Assembly: GCA_963666205.1 (NCBI GenBank)
Contig: OY762654.1
Location: forward strand, 1,536,001-1,600,000
Direction: 5' to 3'
Origin: Synergistales bacterium
GTDB lineage: Bacteria; Synergistota; Synergistia; Synergistales; JAFGMB01
Length of the DNA: 64,000 nucleotides
Positions 57,366 to 64,000 of this stretch are shown one piece after another (within the stretch, counting starts at the first letter, position 1; each line of letters begins with the position of its first letter). The notes beneath the pieces are model-generated. The model worked only from the letters and a program-made list of their open reading frames with translations, ran no database searches and was not told the DNA's origin. The position numbers and the translations under genes were made by a program.

Positions 57366-58508
57366 TTACTGGATGGGCTGATAACTCTTCATATAATCGA
57401 TCCGCCCGTCTTTGATAACGAGAATAGCAGCCGGGAGGGTCATGGGATCTCCGTTTTCATCAAGGGTAATATCACCCTGGGCAGCCTTCAATCCATTCGT
57501 TTTTGCGATGGCATCTGCAACTGCTCCTCTATCTTCTTTACCTGCGGAACGGATACCGTCAATAACCATTAGTGCGGCATCATACCCCATGATGGCTAAC
57601 AGATCGGGTTCTGAATTATATTTCTTTTTATACTCTTCGATAAAGAACCTTGTTTCAGTACGGGGATCCTCTTTTGAAAAATGACTGCAGTAATATGCTC
57701 CTTCCAATGAAACCAGATCAAGCTCTGGCGAATCCCAACCGTCAGAACCTACAAAAACAGCCTCAATACCGATATCTTTTGCCTGTCTGGCAATAAGGTT
57801 GGCATCATTGTAGAAATCCGAGAAAAAGAAAACATCAGGTTTTTTAGATTTGATAATACTTAACTGGGCCCTGAAGTCTACTGCCTGGGATGGATGGGTC
57901 TGAACCGTAACTACCTTTCCTCCCTCAGCTTCAAAAGTCCTTATAAAGACTTCGGCAACACTCTTGGCATAATCATTTCCAAGGTCATAAAGAACTGCGG
58001 CTGTTTTAGCAGATAATTCGTTTACACAGAATCTTCCCATTACCACTCCCTGAAAATCATCGGTCCAACAGCTTCTTGATACAAAATGCTTTTCAGGAGT
58101 GATGGCCGGATTCGTTCCTGTTACAACTGTGGGCACCCCGGCATCCTCCACTATGGAAGATACTGCCATACCGATAGTACTGGGAATTGGGCCGACAATT
58201 GCCAGCACATTGTCCTGCCCGATCAGTTTAAGGGCGGCACCTGCCCCGATAACAGGATCTCCCTGATCATCCTCATTCAGAAGCCTGATCTGCTTCCCCA
58301 GAACTCCACCATTCATATTTGCCTGTTCAACAGCCAGTTCAACACCATTTCTATGACTTTCTCCATAAGTCGATAAAGGCCCGGTAAGACACGCAATATT
58401 ACCTATTTTGATAGCATCACTGGAAGCCCACGTGGCACCTGCAGCAAAAATGATCATAAGGCTCACCGCAAAGAACATAAAAACTCTCTTACCCTTCATT
58501 CTGTTCAC
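57366..58508 (-). CDS. livK: Branched-chain amino acid ABC transporter substrate-binding protein
   Basis: Signal peptide; LTGPLSTYG, NGGVLGK and GYDA motifs. Confidence 0.9.
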   Translation of the reverse strand: MNRMKGKRVFMFFAVSLMIIFAAGATWASSDAIKIGNIACLTGPLSTYGESHRNGVELAVEQANMNGGVLGKQIRLLNEDDQGDPVIGAGAALKLIGQDNVLAIVGPIPSTIGMAVSSIVEDAGVPTVVTGTNPAITPEKHFVSRSCWTDDFQGVVMGRFCVNELSAKTAAVLYDLGNDYAKSVAEVFIRTFEAEGGKVVTVQTHPSQAVDFRAQLSIIKSKKPDVFFFSDFYNDANLIARQAKDIGIEAVFVGSDGWDSPELDLVSLEGAYYCSHFSKEDPRTETRFFIEEYKKKYNSEPDLLAIMGYDAALMVIDGIRSAGKEDRGAVADAIAKTNGLKAAQGDITLDENGDPMTLPAAILVIKDGRIDYMKSYQPIQ

Positions 58509-58628
58509 TCCCCTTATTCTGAGTCTAATTAAAGCTCCTTGAGTTCTTATTTCATGTAGAATTATTCATGTCCCTTTTCAGGAAGGCAAAAGGGAACTTG
58601 TTTTAGGATTATCTCGTCAGAAGAATTT

Positions 58629-59504
58629 TTAATATACCGGAGTTCCTTCCTTGTGGATCAGTATCTTGAAACATTCGATCAGGGAAGTGGTTATCGGTCC
58701 TGCAGTTGAATCGCCAATTTCTCTTCCATCAACCATTCTTACATGACATATCTCTGCTCCTGTTCCACAGACAAAGGCTTCGTCACATGTATACACATCC
58801 CCCAGGGTGATATCCTTTTCGCACGTGGGTATCTCCATTTCCCGAGCCATTTCAATTACTGTCTGACGGGTTATTCCATGGAGGATATTTGTTCTAAGGG
58901 GAGAATAGAGCACTCCATTTTTAACGATAAGAAAATTTTCTCCCGGTCCCTCTGCAACAAAACCCTGTACATCAAGAAGCAGAGCTTCATCGCAATCAGA
59001 AGCTGTGGCTTCCTGTTTTGCCATAATACCGTTAACATATGTGCCCACACATTTGGCACGGGAATCAAAACAGGCCGGGGGAAATTTCCTCACAGCAGAA
59101 GTTTTCATGGTTATCCCCGAATCTCCAAGGAAGGGCTTCCATGGATGAGCGAGGACTATAACAGTGGGATCATAGTCGGGATCAGGTCCGACTCCCAGAC
59201 CCATGCCACGGGTAATGATAGGCCTTATGTGGGCATCTCTGAGGCTGTTTTCACGAAGGGTATCTAAAACAATTTCTTTCAATTCATCTTTTGTCGATGG
59301 GATCTTTATCCCCAGGATCCTGGCTGAATCAAAAAGTCTGTCTATATGTTCATCCAGCTTGAAAACTTTTCCATCGTATTCTCTGATCCCCTCAAAAACG
59401 GCATCTCCATAGAGAAGACCTCTGTCAAAAGGTGAGATACCCGGCTCGTCAGCAGGAACAAATTTTCCGTTGATATAAACCTTTAACCCTGATAAATCGA
59501 TCAT
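58629..59504 (-). CDS. ilvE: Branched-chain amino acid aminotransferase (class IV)
   Basis: LYGDAVFEG, EGPGEN, LHGITR and GTGAE motifs; AGGGAGGA RBS. Confidence 0.93.
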   Translation of the reverse strand: MIDLSGLKVYINGKFVPADEPGISPFDRGLLYGDAVFEGIREYDGKVFKLDEHIDRLFDSARILGIKIPSTKDELKEIVLDTLRENSLRDAHIRPIITRGMGLGVGPDPDYDPTVIVLAHPWKPFLGDSGITMKTSAVRKFPPACFDSRAKCVGTYVNGIMAKQEATASDCDEALLLDVQGFVAEGPGENFLIVKNGVLYSPLRTNILHGITRQTVIEMAREMEIPTCEKDITLGDVYTCDEAFVCGTGAEICHVRMVDGREIGDSTAGPITTSLIECFKILIHKEGTPVY

Positions 59505-59589
59505 TCTTGCATTCCTCCCTGTCTTTAGAACTGTGGATCCATTAAAAACTATCATCCTGATAATGTTCTATGCACATTGCATTACAGGT

Positions 59590-60426
59590 TTAATCCAATT
59601 TTGAGATTTCTTCAATATCTTCCCTGCTGATACCGGAAAATACATGTTCCTCTGAAGGAAACTGTTTCTGCTTAACTTCCTCATTAAAACTCTGAAGCGC
59701 CTTGATGATCTCTTCTCCTATCTGCTTATACTGCTTTACAAACCTGGGTACAAACTTGTCAAAAAGGCCAAGCATGTCATGGAAAACAAGAACCTGTCCA
59801 TCACAATATCTACCCGCACCTATTCCTATCACGGGTATCGATAAAGCTTCAGAAACAGCCCTTCCCAATTCCTCAGGAACACACTCCAGTACAATGGAAA
59901 AAGCTCCCGCTTCCTCAAGATATTTCGCTTCATCAATAAGCTTCTTCGCCGATTCCAGACTTTTTCCCTGGACTTTGAATCCTCCAAGGAGAGAAGCTGT
60001 CTGAGGAGTAAGACCGATATGACCCTGTACAGGGATTCCTGCTTCCACTATTGCTCTCACTACTTCCGGCCTTCCTCCTTCCAGTTTAACGGCATCGCAT
60101 CCTCCTTCTTTCATCATACGGTTGGCGCTGGAAATAGCCTGTGATATGCTTTCGTTATAGGATCCGAAGACCATATCTCCAATGATCATGGCAGATGGCG
60201 CTCCTTTTACCACTGGACGAATATGGTGGATCATTTCGTCAGTAGTAAGAGAAACTGTCCCCTCATTTCCCAACATAGTCATTGACAGAGAATCACCCAC
60301 CAGGATAATCTCTATCCCGGCTTTCTCGACAAGAACAGCCTGAGAATAATCATAAGCCGTAACCATGGATATCTTTTCTTTGCCTTCCTTCATTTTCTGC
60401 ATCTTTTGAATGGTAAACTTTGCCAT
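59590..60426 (-). CDS. panB: 3-methyl-2-oxobutanoate hydroxymethyltransferase
   Basis: TAYD, LVGDS, VKLEGG, GHIGLTPQ and DGQVLV motifs. Confidence 0.97.
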   Translation of the reverse strand: MAKFTIQKMQKMKEGKEKISMVTAYDYSQAVLVEKAGIEIILVGDSLSMTMLGNEGTVSLTTDEMIHHIRPVVKGAPSAMIIGDMVFGSYNESISQAISSANRMMKEGGCDAVKLEGGRPEVVRAIVEAGIPVQGHIGLTPQTASLLGGFKVQGKSLESAKKLIDEAKYLEEAGAFSIVLECVPEELGRAVSEALSIPVIGIGAGRYCDGQVLVFHDMLGLFDKFVPRFVKQYKQIGEEIIKALQSFNEEVKQKQFPSEEHVFSGISREDIEEISKLD

Positions 60427-60455
60427 TCTTTTCAAACCCCTTTCAGCTTTTAGAT

Positions 60456-60492
60456 AAAAAAAAGGCCGGGACCCCTTTTAGGGTCCCGGCCT
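60456..60492 (-). terminator. Attenuator terminator upstream of panB
   Basis: AGGCCGGGACCC-TAAAAG-GGGTCCCGGCCT plus a T run on the minus strand, about 20 nt before the panB RBS. Confidence 0.92.
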
Positions 60493-60510
60493 GAAGGTTG
60501 CGGCTAAAGG

Positions 60511-60612
60511 TTAAACGCCAACATCCACTCCAGGAAGGACCCTGCAGCTTAGGACATCGACTACTACAACAACGGCAAAAGATATTCTCTTCGTAACACG
60601 TGAACGGTCCAC
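60511..60612 (-). CDS. Val-rich leader peptide (33 aa)
   Basis: AAGGGGAG RBS, GTG start; MDRSRVTKRISFAVVVVVDVLSCRVLPGVDVGV*; 11 Val, 5 consecutive; stop just before the terminator. Confidence 0.85.
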   Translation of the reverse strand: MDRSRVTKRISFAVVVVVDVLSCRVLPGVDVGV

Positions 60613-60659
60613 TGGACTCACTCCCCTTGAAGGAATGCATAGAATGTGAATTGGTGGCA

Positions 60660-60688
60660 ATTCTATAGAAGATTGCCCAAAAGGTCAA
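60660..60688 (-). promoter_or_regulatory. Sigma70 promoter of the leader-panB operon
   Basis: TTGACC, 17 bp, TAGAAT. Confidence 0.75.
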
Positions 60689-60887
60689 CCCTTTTTTCAG
60701 AATTTTCATGAAAGATCTTGAAAAAATCTGCATAATCTCTTTAACATCAACCTTTACATTTACATCCTGACACTCCCATGACCCTTTACAGGAAATTCTG
60801 CATATTCTGTAATTCCCGGGGGATCAAAAGTCAAAAGAGGGCAAATGCACATCCATCTTACCTCTTTCATATTCATGGAAAACAATT

Positions 60888-62294
60888 CTAGAGCATTGCT
60901 TCTACGGCCATCCCGCTCTCCTCAAGCACTGACTGGGCGGCGACCAGTCCGCTGGAGGCAGCCTGCACAATTCCCCGGCTCACTCCGGCTCCATCGCCCA
61001 CCATGTACAGGTTTTTCACCCCGGGGACTTCGAGGGTACTTTTTAACTCAAGCCTGAGCGAATAAAGCTTTATCTCAACACCATAAAGGAGGGTATCGCT
61101 GTGGTTTACTCCAGGCATGATAATATTCAGGGCATCGAGGAACTCGACAATATCTACAAGATGTCTGTGGGGCAGCACAAGGCTCAGGTCACCAGGCTGT
61201 GCATTGGCTGTTGGCGCGACCATTCCCCGCCTGATACGGGCCTCTGTGGATCGTCTTCCATCCCTGAGGTCGCCAAGCCTCTGAAGTAGTATGCCTCCAC
61301 CGGCCAGCATGTTGGCCAGTTTGCCTATATGGGTAGCATAACCTATGGGATTACTGAAGGGCTGTGTAAAATTCTTGGTCACCAGGATAGCAAAGTTGGT
61401 ATTCCTGGACTTTGTCTCTTTGAGACTATGTCCATTGACTGTCACGAGGTTGTGGGACCGGCTGTATTCTGTTACAACGAATCCGGATGGGTTCATGCAG
61501 AAGGTTCGGCAGCGGTCATCAAAGGTCGGAGTATTGTAGAGACACTTCACTTCATAGAAGTGTTCCGTAAGGTCCTCACATACGCTATCCGGGACCTCCA
61601 CCCGGACTCCTATGTCCACAGGCATGGAAGCGATGGGCAGCTGAAGTCTGTTCACTATGTTCTCCAACCAGGAAGCCCCGTCTCTGCCAGGAGCTACTAT
61701 TACACTGTCAGCATGGTAAATTCCATCATCCTTTAAAATTACACCTCTGGCTTTTCCTTTTTCGACTATTATGTCCTTGACAAAGGTGTTGAGCATGATG
61801 TCACATTTTTCTTTAAGGTCAAGATACATGTTATTAAGAACTTCTCTGGAAGCATCGGTACCTATGTGACGGATCCTTGCAGGAAGTACCTTTATCCCGA
61901 CACTGGCCGCTTTGCGTATGGTTTCCTTGACAATGGGGCCGCCGGGTTCATAACAGTGGTTGTCTGCACCAAAACTGACAAAGGTTCTATCAACCATATC
62001 AATATACTGATCCAGTCTCCCATCACCTATGTATTCCTCGAGGTTGCCTCCGAATCCGGTGGTGAGGGTAAGTTTGCCGTCCGAGGCAGAACCTGCTCCT
62101 CCCCAGCCTGATACTACACTGCAGACGGCACAATTGACGCAGGTTTTGGCCTTTCCCTCAAGGACAGGGCAATGCCTTTCCTTGATCACCTTTCCCTTGT
62201 CGATTATGAGCACTTTTTTGTTGTGCTTCACAAGTTCTGTAGCCGCAAATATTCCCGCAGGTCCTGAGCCGACAATTATGGCATCGTATTTCAT
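60888..62294 (-). CDS. NAD(P)/FAD-dependent oxidoreductase
   Basis: IIVGSGPAG, GWGGAGSASDGK, RTFCMNP and GDGAGVSRG motifs; start at ATG 62294. Confidence 0.9.
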   Translation of the reverse strand: MKYDAIIVGSGPAGIFAATELVKHNKKVLIIDKGKVIKERHCPVLEGKAKTCVNCAVCSVVSGWGGAGSASDGKLTLTTGFGGNLEEYIGDGRLDQYIDMVDRTFVSFGADNHCYEPGGPIVKETIRKAASVGIKVLPARIRHIGTDASREVLNNMYLDLKEKCDIMLNTFVKDIIVEKGKARGVILKDDGIYHADSVIVAPGRDGASWLENIVNRLQLPIASMPVDIGVRVEVPDSVCEDLTEHFYEVKCLYNTPTFDDRCRTFCMNPSGFVVTEYSRSHNLVTVNGHSLKETKSRNTNFAILVTKNFTQPFSNPIGYATHIGKLANMLAGGGILLQRLGDLRDGRRSTEARIRRGMVAPTANAQPGDLSLVLPHRHLVDIVEFLDALNIIMPGVNHSDTLLYGVEIKLYSLRLELKSTLEVPGVKNLYMVGDGAGVSRGIVQAASSGLVAAQSVLEESGMAVEAML

Positions 62295-62469
62295 AACTTC
62301 ATTCTCCTTTAGAAGAATTGGGTTTCCTTTATTCAGTATAACCTTAGACCCTTCAAAATGCATATTCCCCCAAATGGGGATTTTCTCACCAGGAACAGTC
62401 GAAATCAAACGATCTTTTTAGGACTATTTTCAGCTATTTCATCTTATTCATAGAACACCCTGCGGTAAA

Positions 62470-62730
62470 TCGATTTTTGATTGCCGATTTTTGATTTTAG
62501 ATTAAAAGCAAAAGTCAAGAACATATTTGATGGGCTAAAGCGACATCCTGTATTTCGGAGGTAAAAAGGTGTTTGTTTTTTCTCGTGCAAGATGGAGTCT
62601 CATCTTGCGCAGTAATACAATGGTTTAACGGTTCCCTTTGTGAACTTGTCGACTCATATGCGGTAAAACAGGTTTTGCCTCTGCTTTCCGATTTTCCCGA
62701 TTTCAATGCAAAATCGCAAATCTAAAATCG
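62470..62730. repeat. Dispersed non-coding element, copy B, with imperfect inverted ends
   Basis: GATTTT-type short repeats at the left, AAAATC-type at the right; internal GCAAGATG/CATCTTGC hairpin; blocks shared with 13322-13407. Confidence 0.65.
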
Positions 62731-63297
62731 TGTGCCTCCAAGTTCGGCATGGCGGAAGCAGTTGGTTATATGGTCGTTAACCATCCCCACTGCCTGCATG
62801 AAGGAGTAGACGATGGTGGGCCCCGCAAAGTTAAAACCCTGTTTTTTGAGATCTCTGCTTATCCTTTCACCCAGAGGTGTATATGGAGGAAGCTCGCAAA
62901 CTCTACTCCACGAGTTCTGTATGGGAATTCCATCCACAAAATTCCATATATAGGCATCGAAACTACCATACTTCTCCTGTACTTTGAGGAACTGTCCGGC
63001 GTTTCTGACGGCCGACTCCAGCTTTCTTCGATTGCGGATGATGCCTCTATTATCAAGAAGATGGCCTATTTTTTTTTCATCATACCTCGCAACCATGAAG
63101 GGATCAAAGTTATCAAAGGCTTCCCTGTAGGCCTCTCTCTTTCTCAGAACAGTGATCCAGCTCAGTCCTGCCTGGGCTCCTTCAAGAACAAGAAATTCAA
63201 AAAGGGTTCTGTCATCATGGACCGGGACACCCCATTCCTCATCATGGTAAGTCACATAAAGAGGGTCAGTTCCGGCCCAGTCACAGCGGGTTATCAT
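62722..63297 (-). CDS. tag: DNA-3-methyladenine glycosylase I
   Basis: RCDW, YHDEEWG, EGAQAGLSW and GMVNDH..C motifs. Confidence 0.96.
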   Translation of the reverse strand: MITRCDWAGTDPLYVTYHDEEWGVPVHDDRTLFEFLVLEGAQAGLSWITVLRKREAYREAFDNFDPFMVARYDEKKIGHLLDNRGIIRNRRKLESAVRNAGQFLKVQEKYGSFDAYIWNFVDGIPIQNSWSRVCELPPYTPLGERISRDLKKQGFNFAGPTIVYSFMQAVGMVNDHITNCFRHAELGGTRF

Positions 63298-64000
63298 CTA
63301 TTCGTACCCCCGGTTGGTGTTGAGGGTCTTTAGCATGGCGTACATGGCTCTGGTATAGGGAAATTCATCTTCATTCCGGGCATATTTCAGAACCCCTCCG
63401 GGTATGGTTTCCACTTCCATCCGTCTTCCGGCCAGGTTGTCCTGAAGCATGGAGGGAATATTGGTGGCCGTCTTGCGGATGTTATCCAGAAAGGTGTCCC
63501 AGAGTTCTTCCATTTCCAGGTTTATTCCTTCCCTACATGCAGCCTCCACGGTCTCCCTGCCTATTTCCTTCATTAATTCCAGGATAAGGGGGCTTGAGAT
63601 AAGACCTTCATTATTAAGCCCTGTCATGGCTGCACAGGTGTTGACCATGTTGTTTATGGTGAGCTTCTTCCATATGAAAGGCCTTGGGTCTTCCACGTAT
63701 TTCACATTAAAGGCACTCCTTTTGAGGATTTCCATCACCCAGACCATATCATATTCTGCACTCCATGGCCCCAGGACGATCAGGGCGCCTCCTGCCTCCT
63801 GGACAACTCCGGGAGCACGCTTTATGGCTCCCCAGTGGGCAACTCCTGCAGCTACCTTTTCCTCCCCGAATATGGAGGAGAGGGTCTCGGCGTTTCCCAG
63901 TCCATTCTGAAGGGTAAGTACCACTCCTCCCTTTTTCAGAATGTCCCTTAGAGGGTCCAGTTCTTCAGTGCTGAAGGACTTTACCAGCACGATGATCAGT
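63298..64000 (-). CDS. panE: Ketopantoate reductase (PanE/ApbA family), 5' end outside the window
   Basis: VKS, LQNGLG, WKKL..N and PSMLQD..GR..E motifs. Confidence 0.85.
   Translation of the reverse strand, partial: LIIVLVKSFSTEELDPLRDILKKGGVVLTLQNGLGNAETLSSIFGEEKVAAGVAHWGAIKRAPGVVQEAGGALIVLGPWSAEYDMVWVMEILKRSAFNVKYVEDPRPFIWKKLTINNMVNTCAAMTGLNNEGLISSPLILELMKEIGRETVEAACREGINLEMEELWDTFLDNIRKTATNIPSMLQDNLAGRRMEVETIPGGVLKYARNEDEFPYTRAMYAMLKTLNTNRGYE

Noticed and set aside
60490-60650. 6S RNA, T-box, yybP-ykoY or pan motif in the panB leader
   Set aside because: No diagnostic motifs seen (for example no T-box GGTGGxACCGCG); the helices are explained by leader-peptide attenuation. An Rfam scan was not run.
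60443-60733. 96-aa Cys-containing ORF from the track over the panB leader
   Set aside because: It spans the promoter and terminator with no RBS; the Val-rich frame has a proper SD and fits attenuator geometry.

Overview
A 64-kb chromosomal window from an anaerobic, amino-acid-fermenting bacterium. Three proteins end in Synergist-CTERM-like sorting tails, which points to phylum Synergistota (inferred). In order, the window holds: (1) a TRAP transporter and serine dehydratase operon; (2) an RND efflux operon with a textbook sigma70 promoter and paired TetR-type operators; (3) an unannotated 50-aa His/Cys-rich peptide; (4) a five-gene cassette (DUF1659-like, DUF2922-like, YvrJ-like, M15 peptidase, sigma factor); (5) a REP-associated tyrosine transposase (RAYT) with PC4/YdbC and SecB-like cargo between 42-bp inverted repeats, plus a third repeat copy; (6) three CTERM surface proteins, the first behind a half c-di-GMP-I-like riboswitch; (7) a four-gene glycan-modification block; (8) a large GntR-linked catabolic island (TTT and TAXI transporters, 2-oxoacid:ferredoxin oxidoreductase, SucCD-like ligase, DRE-TIM enzyme, aminotransferase, dehydratase); (9) a panB-ilvE-livKHMGF operon. 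The strongest sequence-level result is a 33-aa Val-rich leader peptide with a full 1:2/2:3/3:4 attenuator upstream of panB, which the ORF track does not show. I saw no rRNA, tRNA or CRISPR array. Family calls come from motif recognition only; no database searches were run.
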